Assembly (NCBI GenBank): GCA_964435565.1
Contig: CAYSZR010000002.1
Coordinates: 102-64,101, forward strand
Length of the DNA: 64,000 bases
Source: an uncultured Coriobacteriaceae bacterium
GTDB taxonomy: Bacteria; Actinomycetota; Coriobacteriia; Coriobacteriales; QAMH01
Reading direction: 5' to 3'
Shown here: positions 18,146-26,167 of the stretch, in pieces
Position numbering within the stretch: position 1 is the stretch's first letter
How the letters are laid out: the number at the start of each line of letters is the position of its first letter
Position numbers and translations under genes: made by a program
The notes under the pieces: model-generated
What the model was told of the DNA's origin: nothing
Database searches by the model: none
What the model saw: only the letters and a program-made list of their open reading frames with translations

Positions 18146-19834
18146 ATGAAATACACCAGGCTCGGAGATCTTCTCGTCGATTCAGGACTCATCGACAACG
18201 ATCAGCTGAAAGACGCCCTAGCTGCTCAGAAGAAAACCAGGCAGCGTCTGGGTGAGACGCTCATTTCTGAGGGCATCATCACTGAGCGTCAGCTCATCAA
18301 TGCGCTCACCATGCAGTTGGGTATCGATTTCATCGACTTGACCACTGCCGATATTCTTCCAGAAATGACGCAGCTGGTCTCTAAGAACCTGGCAAAGAAG
18401 TATTCGGTCGTTCCCGTGAAAACCAAAGGCGACGAGCTGTATCTTGCTATGGCCGACCCGCTGAACTTCATTGCAACTGAAGAGATAAAGTCCGCTTCCA
18501 AAAAGCGCATTGTTCCCATGATCGCCACGCAATCCGCTATCGATCATGCCATCAGCGCCTTGTACGGCACCGAAGGCGCCAAGCGAGCTATTCGCGAGAT
18601 GCAGCAGGAAAACGAACGCGAGACAGCCTACACGGTTGGCGCGACTGCACAGATCGACGAAGCAGGGCAGGCGGCCCCTTCCATCCGCTTGGTCGACAGC
18701 ATCATCGAACGTGGTATTTCCGATCGCGCCAGCGATATCCACATCGAGCCGCAGGAAGGCGAAATGCTGGTACGCATGCGTGTCGACGGCATGCTGCATA
18801 ACGTGCTGACCATCCCCAAGGAATTGCAACAATCGGTAACCTCGCGCATCAAGATCATGTGCAATATGGATGTCACCGAACGTCGTGTTCCGCAGGACGG
18901 CCGCGCCATCGTCAGTGTTCGCATGAAGGAAGCAGACCTGCGCGCATCCACATTGCCCACGGTCCACGGTGAGAAGATCGTGCTTCGCATCCTTGATCGC
19001 AGCAACCAGCAGAACACAGCTGAAGAGCTGGGCTTTTATGGTACGAATCTGGAACGTTACAACAGGTTGCTCACGAATCGGCAGGGCGTTATCTTGCTGG
19101 TTGGCCCCACGGGTTCTGGTAAATCGTCCACCATGTTCACGATGATCCAGAAGCTCAATACCGAAGAGGTCAATATCGTCACGCTGGAAGACCCCGTCGA
19201 ATACAACATCGAAGGCGTCAACCAGGTGCAGGTAAACGAAAAGACCGGTACGTCGTTTGCCGGCGGCCTTCGATCCATCCTGCGTCAGGACCCCGACATC
19301 ATCGGCGTCGGCGAAATCCGCGATGCCGAAACAGCGGATATCGCCATGCGCGCTGCCGTCACGGGCCATTTGGTGGTCTCTACCGTACATACGAGCGACG
19401 CTGTATCCACGCTCGATCGTTTGGATGACATCGGCGTCGAGCCGTACATGATGGCAAGCGCTCTGAAAGGCGTCATCAGCCAGCGTTTGGTGCGCCGCAT
19501 CTGCCCGCATTGCCGCGAAGCTTATATGCCGACCCCCGAAGAGCTCGAGGGCCTGGGAATGGATCCCGCAGCCTTGGATGTGGAGTTCTACCGCGGCGCC
19601 GGTTGTTCTGAATGCTTCGGGAGTGGCTATAAGGGCCGCACCGTTGTGGCGGAAGTGCTGATGATCGACAAGGCCATGCGTCAGGCTATTCATGAGCAGC
19701 GCTCGCGCGAAGACCTGATGGTCGCCGTGCGCGCATCGGGTTTCCAGCCAATTATCCAGAATTGCCGCGAGCTGGTGCTGAATGGCATCACCACCGCGGA
19801 AGAGGCGTTCCGTACCATCTTCACGACCGACTAG
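18146..19834 (+). CDS. pilB: Type IV pilus assembly ATPase PilB (GspE family) with an MshEN-type N-terminal domain
   Basis: Walker A GPTGSGKS, Asp/His boxes, and the tetracysteine motif CPHC...CSEC. The N-terminal domain has two RLGxx(L/V/I)... motifs. Confidence 0.95.
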   Translation: MKYTRLGDLLVDSGLIDNDQLKDALAAQKKTRQRLGETLISEGIITERQLINALTMQLGIDFIDLTTADILPEMTQLVSKNLAKKYSVVPVKTKGDELYLAMADPLNFIATEEIKSASKKRIVPMIATQSAIDHAISALYGTEGAKRAIREMQQENERETAYTVGATAQIDEAGQAAPSIRLVDSIIERGISDRASDIHIEPQEGEMLVRMRVDGMLHNVLTIPKELQQSVTSRIKIMCNMDVTERRVPQDGRAIVSVRMKEADLRASTLPTVHGEKIVLRILDRSNQQNTAEELGFYGTNLERYNRLLTNRQGVILLVGPTGSGKSSTMFTMIQKLNTEEVNIVTLEDPVEYNIEGVNQVQVNEKTGTSFAGGLRSILRQDPDIIGVGEIRDAETADIAMRAAVTGHLVVSTVHTSDAVSTLDRLDDIGVEPYMMASALKGVISQRLVRRICPHCREAYMPTPEELEGLGMDPAALDVEFYRGAGCSECFGSGYKGRTVVAEVLMIDKAMRQAIHEQRSREDLMVAVRASGFQPIIQNCRELVLNGITTAEEAFRTIFTTD

Positions 19835-19861
19835 CGCATGGGCAAGAAGGGGGCAAACCAT

Positions 19862-20914
19862 ATGACAGCACTCGACAGCATCATATCCCACGCCAATGAA
19901 AGGCGAGCTTCTGATATACATATCGCCGCTGGGGTTCCCGTTCGCTTTCGTATCGACGGACGTTTAGTCGATGCAGATGATCGCGTCTTGGAAGCTGAAG
20001 ATTGCGAGCAGCTGGGCAAGATCGCGGCGGGTGACGATTTCGAGAAGATCGCCAGAATCGGTGAATTGGACATGGCAGACACCTATGCCGGCTCCATTCG
20101 TTGCCGCTTGAACCTCTATCGCAGTCAAGGCAATATCTGCATCGCCATCCGCTTGCTCTCCAACGTCATTCCCGACCTGGATACGCTTGGCTTGCCGCCC
20201 ATCATGTTGGATTTTCCCACCTATAACAAGGGTATCGTCATTGTCACGGGTGAAACGGGGTCGGGCAAATCGACCACGCTGGCATCGATATTGAACGAAG
20301 TCAATAAAACGCGTTCTGACCATATCATCACCTTGGAAGACCCCATCGAATATATCTATACGCCGCAGAAATGCAGCATCGACCAGCGTGAGATCGGCCA
20401 TGATACCCACAGCTATGCCGACGGCCTGCGCGCCATCTTGCGCGAAGACCCCGACGTCATTCTGATCGGCGAGATGCGCGACCTCGATACGATTGAAACC
20501 GCGTTGACCGCGGCCGAAACGGGCCACTTGGTCTTTGGAACCTTGCATACGCAAAGCGCCGCCGATTCCATCGATCGTTTGGTCGACGTGTTTCCCGAAG
20601 GCCGCCAGCGTCAGATTCGCCTGCAGCTTTCCATGACGCTCGTGGCCGTGGTGTCGCAGCAGCTGCTGGTGCGCCGCGAAGGCACGGGGCGTGCAGTGGC
20701 ATGCGAAGTCATGATGGTGAACCCCGCCATCCGCAACCTCATTCGCGAGGGAAAGACCCCGCAGATCGAGAACACTTTGGCAACTACGGCAGAGCTGGGC
20801 AGCATCACCATGGACAACATGCTCATTCGTATGGTTCGCAATCGCACCATTTCTCCGCAGACTGCTGTCGAGGCGGCGCACGACCCCGAATATGTGAAGC
20901 GTAACGCCCGATAG
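19862..20914 (+). CDS. pilT: Pilus retraction ATPase PilT
   Basis: About 350 aa with Walker A GETGSGKST and a PilT-type AIRNLIREGK motif. The ATG at 19862 lies about 9 nt after AAGGGGG; an alternative ATG is at 19838. Confidence 0.95.
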   Translation: MTALDSIISHANERRASDIHIAAGVPVRFRIDGRLVDADDRVLEAEDCEQLGKIAAGDDFEKIARIGELDMADTYAGSIRCRLNLYRSQGNICIAIRLLSNVIPDLDTLGLPPIMLDFPTYNKGIVIVTGETGSGKSTTLASILNEVNKTRSDHIITLEDPIEYIYTPQKCSIDQREIGHDTHSYADGLRAILREDPDVILIGEMRDLDTIETALTAAETGHLVFGTLHTQSAADSIDRLVDVFPEGRQRQIRLQLSMTLVAVVSQQLLVRREGTGRAVACEVMMVNPAIRNLIREGKTPQIENTLATTAELGSITMDNMLIRMVRNRTISPQTAVEAAHDPEYVKRNAR

Positions 20915-20941
20915 CGACGGCGCGTCAGGAAGGCACGGCAT

Positions 20942-22147
20942 ATGAAGACGTTCAATTACAAAGCCAGGACTGAAACAGGTTCCACCATCGACGGCGTTGC
21001 CGAGGCGAATACGCGCGAAGAGGCGGTATTGAACCTGAAAGACGCTGGCCTTATTGTCGAGTCCATTGCCGAATCCGGCGGCGAACATGACATCGACTTG
21101 CGCTTGGGTGGTCGCAAAGCCAAGGAAAAATCCCTGGCCATCATGTGCAATCAGTTTGCCATCATCTTGACGGCGGGCATGCCCATCGTTCGCACATTGC
21201 AGCTAGTGGCCAATCAGACGGAAGACAAGACGCTGAAAAGCATCTTGGGCGATGTGGCTGACGACGTTGCTGCAGGTTATAGTCTGGCCGATAGTTTTGC
21301 CAAGCATGGCAAGGGTTTGCCGGTCACCTTTGTGGAAACGGTGCGCGCGGGCGAGGCCTCTGGCAACCTGGACGTGGTGTTTCGGCGCCTGAGCGATTTT
21401 TACGAAAAGTCCAGCAAGACGAAATCCAAAGTGAAATCTGCGATGATCTATCCCGCTTTTGTCGTGTGCATTGCTGTTGTGGTTATCGCCATTATCATGA
21501 TTTTCGCCGTTCCTACGTTTACTTCAACGTTTGCAACAATGGGTGTGCAGCTGCCTTGGATCACCCAGTTTATGATCGATGGATCGGCCTTCCTGACACA
21601 TAACATCCTCTTCATCATTGGCATCATCATCGTGCTGGTCATTGCAGTAAAGGTGGCCAAGAAAAATGATGATTTCCGTTTGAAATGGAGCAGCATCGGT
21701 GTGCGCGTTCCCGTCATCGGCCGCATCAACCTTATGAATGCTGCCAGTCAATATTCGGGTACCATGGGCGTCATGATGGAAGCGGGCCTTTCGGTTATCA
21801 GCGCCGTGGGCGTTACCGCGCGGTCTATGAGCAACTATTATATGGGGCATGAACTGGCTGCCACGCAGACTGACCTGGAATCGGGCAAGCCGCTGGCCTC
21901 GTGTCTGGCAAAAGCCGATATCTTTCCCGAGTTGGTTACCGAAATGACCGGCGTGGGCGAACAGACGGGCTCGCTGGAACATACCTTGACCGTGCTTTCT
22001 GAATATTACGATAATGAGGTGGAGACAGCCAGTTCGCGCGCGCTGTCTATTTTAGAACCGCTCATCATTGTCATTCTGGCGGTTGTTGTGTGTGGCATTT
22101 TATTGGCGGTATATCTGCCCATGTTCAGCCTATATGGAAATATGTAA
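20942..22147 (+). CDS. pilC: Type IV pilus platform protein PilC (GspF family)
   Basis: 401 aa with two GspF repeats and 3 TM segments, typical of T2SSF. Confidence 0.95.
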   Translation: MKTFNYKARTETGSTIDGVAEANTREEAVLNLKDAGLIVESIAESGGEHDIDLRLGGRKAKEKSLAIMCNQFAIILTAGMPIVRTLQLVANQTEDKTLKSILGDVADDVAAGYSLADSFAKHGKGLPVTFVETVRAGEASGNLDVVFRRLSDFYEKSSKTKSKVKSAMIYPAFVVCIAVVVIAIIMIFAVPTFTSTFATMGVQLPWITQFMIDGSAFLTHNILFIIGIIIVLVIAVKVAKKNDDFRLKWSSIGVRVPVIGRINLMNAASQYSGTMGVMMEAGLSVISAVGVTARSMSNYYMGHELAATQTDLESGKPLASCLAKADIFPELVTEMTGVGEQTGSLEHTLTVLSEYYDNEVETASSRALSILEPLIIVILAVVVCGILLAVYLPMFSLYGNM

Positions 22148-22195
22148 GGCTGGGTTACGGCGTTTGTGAGGGCGAAACGGAGCAATTATCAGGAT

Positions 22196-22225
22196 ATTGT
22201 ACAGTCCGTGACGTTGAACTATAAT
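22196..22225 (+). promoter_or_regulatory. Candidate sigma70-type promoter for pilA (TTGTAC-18-TATAAT)
   Basis: TTGTAC at 22196-22201 and TATAAT at 22220-22225, about 95 nt upstream of the pilA ATG. Confidence 0.4.
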
Positions 22226-22321
22226 GTAGGTTGCATAAATGGATGAGGGCTTCCTTCTCAGACGGGTTTCAACCCGGCCCGAAACCTAGAGGGACCGCCT
22301 AAGAAGACAAAGGAGGCTCAT

Positions 22322-22750
22322 ATGAAAGAAATGATCCAAGCTCGTAAAGAGCAGCTTCAAGAGCGCGGCGTCAAGGGTTTTACCCTGATGGAAATGCTGA
22401 TTGTCGTCGCTATCATTGCCGTGTTGGTCGCTATTGCAATTCCTATCTTTACGTCGCAGCTTAATAATTCCAAGGTGCAGGCAGACGCTGCAAATATTCG
22501 CTCTGGCTATGCCCAGGTTTCGGCAACTGTTCTGACGGCGTCACCGGCGCCCGCTACTGGTGCAACGTATGGTCTGAATACTGATGGCACTATTACTACT
22601 GGCTCAACGGGGGACTTTAAGGCTCAAGGAAAGCCAAGTGCTGCAGAATCTATTGGTGGATCATCGATTACGTGGGATGTTGGTCAAACGCCGACTTATA
22701 CTTGGGATGGCTCAAAGATAGTTATTACGATGGCTGCTGTGACTCCCTAG
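22322..22750 (+). CDS. pilA: Major type IV pilin PilA
   Basis: MKEMIQARKEQLQERGVKG/FTLMEMLIVVAIIAVLVAIAIPIF. Length is 142 aa, with a strong RBS (AAGGAGG), its own promoter and a terminator. Confidence 0.85.
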   Translation: MKEMIQARKEQLQERGVKGFTLMEMLIVVAIIAVLVAIAIPIFTSQLNNSKVQADAANIRSGYAQVSATVLTASPAPATGATYGLNTDGTITTGSTGDFKAQGKPSAAESIGGSSITWDVGQTPTYTWDGSKIVITMAAVTP

Positions 22751-22788
22751 TCGAGCTTGCATGAACCGTGGGTTGCGGTTCTAAAAAA

Positions 22789-22821
22789 CAGGGTCCGGAG
22801 AAATCCGGGCCCTGTTTTATT
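22789..22821 (+). terminator. Rho-independent terminator after pilA
   Basis: CAGGGTCCGG-agaaat-CCGGGCCCTG forms a 10-bp stem with one G-T pair, followed by TTTTATT. Confidence 0.7.
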
Positions 22822-22891
22822 CTCGGTGCCCGCCTTCATTTCGATGCGATGGTATGCTTATAGCATCTTCAACTGAAAGGCGTCCACGCTC

Positions 22892-23767
22892 ATGTTGCTC
22901 TATGCCACACCTGCCATTACCGCATACGTGCTTGTGTTGACTGCCGTTGTTGGTTTGGTCATGGGTAGCTTTCTTAACTGTTGGGCATGGCGCATCACGC
23001 ATCATGAATCCGTTATGCACGGTCGCTCGCATTGCATCACGTGCAATCACATTCTTGCCGTACGTGATCTTGTTCCCGTGTTCAGTTGGCTTTCAACCAA
23101 GGGCACCTGCCGCTATTGCGGGCAGAAAGTGTCCGCTCGCTATCCGCTGGCGGAGCTTTTTTGCGCTGTGGTGTTCGTGTCCATCGTCATGCGTTACAAC
23201 ATCAGTCTGGAAGCGGCGCAGCTGCTGTGTTTCGCATCCATCTTGCTGGTGCTCTCTCTTACAGACTTAGACGATTACATCATTCCCAATGGCTGCATTA
23301 TCGCAGCCATTATCGTGCGTGTGCTCTACATCGTGGCGTCAGGGCTGCTTGTTGGAACGGATATGCTTACGCTGGCACTCGATTCCCTGTTAGGTGGCGT
23401 GGCGGTGTTCGTTCCGTTGCTGTTAGTGGTGTTGGTCGCTGATAAGTTGCTGGGTCGCGACAGCATGGGTGGCGGCGACTTGAAGCTCTTCTTTGTGGCA
23501 GGTCTCTATTTTGGCTGGCAGCAATGCCTGTTCCTGGTTATTGTGGCCTGCGTTATCGGCATCGTGTTGGCTCTTATCGTTCCAGCTGAATCAGCGGAAA
23601 ACTTGCAAGATTCCCAGGGTGCTTCCCAGCCTGATGAAGCCGATTCCTCTTCGCTTTCCGCAAAAGCGCAGCGTCTCATTCCGTTCGGTCCCTCCATTGC
23701 CCTTGCATGTTGGATTACCTGCTTGTGCGGCGGCCCGCTTGTCTCGTGGTATTTGGGACTATTCTGA
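22892..23767 (+). CDS. pilD: Prepilin peptidase/N-methyltransferase PilD (A24 family)
   Basis: The N-terminal Zn-like motif CITC...CRYC is present, with multiple TM segments and GGGDLKLF containing the catalytic Asp. Confidence 0.9.
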   Translation: MLLYATPAITAYVLVLTAVVGLVMGSFLNCWAWRITHHESVMHGRSHCITCNHILAVRDLVPVFSWLSTKGTCRYCGQKVSARYPLAELFCAVVFVSIVMRYNISLEAAQLLCFASILLVLSLTDLDDYIIPNGCIIAAIIVRVLYIVASGLLVGTDMLTLALDSLLGGVAVFVPLLLVVLVADKLLGRDSMGGGDLKLFFVAGLYFGWQQCLFLVIVACVIGIVLALIVPAESAENLQDSQGASQPDEADSSSLSAKAQRLIPFGPSIALACWITCLCGGPLVSWYLGLF

Positions 23768-23870
23768 TTCTAGGAACTATTGCGCCTTAACCTGCGAATT
23801 TGTATGAAAAGCGCTACAATGAATAATTGATGAGCAATGGTGCAGGCAACACACAGGGGAAAGGAAGCCC

Positions 23871-24878
23871 ATGTCGTCGTTTGTGGGAATTGACATCGGC
23901 AACAATAACTGCAAAATCGCAGTTCGCGAAGGTGGTTCCATTCGTTTGGTGTCACGTCGCATGCCTGAGAATATGGTGAAGTCGGGCGAAGTGACGGCAC
24001 CTGAAACCATGGCTACCTTTCTGAAAGAAGTACGCCAGACGGAAAATATTCACGATCGCGACTGCGTGCTGGTATTGGCAGAATCGCAAACGTACTTTCG
24101 CCATGTCACACTGCCGGCTATGACCGTGGGCGAGCTTGAACTGAACCTCCCATACGAATTTCGCGACTTCATTGCTGGCGACCCCAGCGAATATGTATAT
24201 GACTATTCCGTTGATGAAATGGTCAACGATGAAACGGGCAAACCGCAACGGCTCGAGCTCTACGCCGCCGCTGCTGAAAAGGCGATGGTCGATAGATATT
24301 CTGGCATGTTGCGCAAAGCAGGATTTCGGCTGAAGGCGGTTGTGCCGGCTCCTATGGCATATTCCCGCTTACTGCGTGCGCATATCGACGCAAACCCCGA
24401 CGATGAGAATAAGGACATCGTCTTGGTGGACATTGGCCATGCCGACGCAACCGTTATGCTGTATCGTGGGGCGCATTATGAAGCCATGAAGACCGTCGAT
24501 TTTGGGTGCGATGAATTCGACGACACCATTGCGGTTTTGAAGAACATCGACCCCTATACGGCAAGCAGCTACAAATATTCCAATTTCGAAGGCGTGCTCG
24601 ACTCGCCTGAATGTCGGTCCATTTGCGATCGGTTTGCGCTAGAAGTGAACAAAGTCGTCAATTTCTATAACTTTAATAATCCCGATAAGGACATCGAGCA
24701 GATGTACTTCTTAGGTGGTGGCGCGCAGATTCCGCAGTTGACGAACGTAATTGCCGAGGCGGTGTCTATCCCGGCTCAAAGTGTGGAAGCTCTGCTACCG
24801 GCAGATGTGCAAGATCTTCTGAACGGCCCCGTATGCACGCTGGCGGTTGCCGGCATGCTTGAAGGCGAGGCGATGTAG
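23871..24878 (+). CDS. pilM: Pilus assembly protein PilM (actin-like ATPase fold)
   Basis: FVGIDIGNNNCKIAV N-terminal phosphate-1-like motif. Its size and its position ahead of the PilN/PilO-like genes fit PilM. Confidence 0.85.
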   Translation: MSSFVGIDIGNNNCKIAVREGGSIRLVSRRMPENMVKSGEVTAPETMATFLKEVRQTENIHDRDCVLVLAESQTYFRHVTLPAMTVGELELNLPYEFRDFIAGDPSEYVYDYSVDEMVNDETGKPQRLELYAAAAEKAMVDRYSGMLRKAGFRLKAVVPAPMAYSRLLRAHIDANPDDENKDIVLVDIGHADATVMLYRGAHYEAMKTVDFGCDEFDDTIAVLKNIDPYTASSYKYSNFEGVLDSPECRSICDRFALEVNKVVNFYNFNNPDKDIEQMYFLGGGAQIPQLTNVIAEAVSIPAQSVEALLPADVQDLLNGPVCTLAVAGMLEGEAM

Positions 24879-24879
24879 C

Positions 24880-25476
24880 ATGGCGCTGGACTGGAACAAA
24901 TCGCTCAGCTTTGGCGGTTCTTCGAAGAAGGCGGCCGAATACCCCACGAAGACCATCATCAATCTGAATACGGTTACCTCCACAGCAGTTGACCCACGCA
25001 AAGCCATCATCCTTGGCGTGATCTTGGCCGTTTTGGTGGGCTGCTTCGTCAAATTTGGCGTTATGGATTTCTATGGGCAGGTCTCTGCCAAGCAAGCCGA
25101 GCTTTCGCGCCAGCAGGCAACGCTTGCCCAGGTCGAAAGCAAGCTCGCGAATTACGATTCTATTAAGGCAGAATACGAAAGCTACGGGTCGTATCTTTCA
25201 GGCAGCAGTGCTGCGGCGGTTGATGCCATTACGGTGCTCAATCTGATAGACCAGCAGATCATGCCTGTTGCGAAGGTGACCTCGGTCACGCTGAAGGATA
25301 ATTCGCTCTCGCTTTCTTTGACGAACGCGAGCTTGAGTACCATCGGCAATCTGGTCAACACGCTGTCTGCTCAGTCCATCGTTTCCAATGTGTCCGTTTC
25401 GACCGCCGCCACCAACGCGACGGCAGCTCAGGATGTGACCGCCACCATGGTCATCACCCTGAAGCAGGCAAGCTAG
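24880..25476 (+). CDS. pilN: PilN-like bitopic pilus alignment protein
   Basis: The ATG at 24880 lies 1 nt after the pilM stop. It has a short cytoplasmic N-terminus, a single TM helix, a coiled coil and a C-terminal beta-rich domain. Confidence 0.65.
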   Translation: MALDWNKSLSFGGSSKKAAEYPTKTIINLNTVTSTAVDPRKAIILGVILAVLVGCFVKFGVMDFYGQVSAKQAELSRQQATLAQVESKLANYDSIKAEYESYGSYLSGSSAAAVDAITVLNLIDQQIMPVAKVTSVTLKDNSLSLSLTNASLSTIGNLVNTLSAQSIVSNVSVSTAATNATAAQDVTATMVITLKQAS

Positions 25477-25488
25477 GAGGGGGCGGCA

Positions 25489-26082
25489 ATGCTGACGTAT
25501 ACGTTTTCCAAACGCGAGAAAGTGATGCTGGCTGCGCTGGCCTGTATCTTGGTGTTGGTTGCCTGGTACATGCTTGTCTTTCAGAACGTGAACAACCAAG
25601 TGTCTTCGCTTAATAGCCAGATAGCAACGGTACAGGATCAAACCACGGTTGATTCGGCCAAACTCGCTCAGATGAATACGATGCAGAAGGCCATCGATGA
25701 CAGCAAGGCCAAGGGCTTGAAGGCCACGGCTCTTCCCACGTATGACAACGTGCAGGCGCTGATGGCGTCTTTGAATACGACGCTTGCTTCCACCAACAAT
25801 TACTCGCTTGCGTTCGATAATCTGGACCGTAGCGAATCGAAGCTGGTGAAGCGTGGTGTGACCATGACGTTTGGTTGCAATAGCTATGCCGATGCAAAGA
25901 CCATCATCACTGCCATCAAGCAGGGTACCTATCCATGCACGATCGACTCGGTCAGCATGACCGACAACACGGTGAAGACGACGAGCTCCTATTCGAACGC
26001 GGGCAGCGGATCGTCCAGCGCTGCGTCGAGCTCGAACTATGGCGTGTCGATGCACGTGACGTATTTCGAGAAGGCTTCGTAG
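25489..26082 (+). CDS. pilO: PilO-like bitopic pilus alignment protein
   Basis: The N-terminal TM (MLAALACILVLVAWYMLVF) is followed by a coiled coil. Gene order is pilM-pilN-pilO. Confidence 0.65.
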   Translation: MLTYTFSKREKVMLAALACILVLVAWYMLVFQNVNNQVSSLNSQIATVQDQTTVDSAKLAQMNTMQKAIDDSKAKGLKATALPTYDNVQALMASLNTTLASTNNYSLAFDNLDRSESKLVKRGVTMTFGCNSYADAKTIITAIKQGTYPCTIDSVSMTDNTVKTTSSYSNAGSGSSSAASSSNYGVSMHVTYFEKAS

Positions 26083-26167
26083 CTTTCCGTTGCAACCTGT
26101 CCGTTAACGCAAAGAAGCGTTTTGTCTTTTACCGAATACCTTTCGCCCGTCGGGCAGAGGTGGATAA

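Noticed and set aside
18218-19921. Very long antisense ORFs opposite well-supported genes. They are 18218..19921 (567 aa, opposite pilB), 19964..21088, 26831..28027, 27714..28757, 28492..29724, 35877..37157, 38274..39227, 39760..40890, 43188..44534 and 7135..8016.
   Set aside because: The sense-strand products carry unmistakable family motifs (Walker boxes, arg enzyme signatures). The antisense translations are Arg/His/Gly-rich, low-complexity-like and motif-free. Stop-poor antisense frames are an expected by-product of GC3-rich codon usage.
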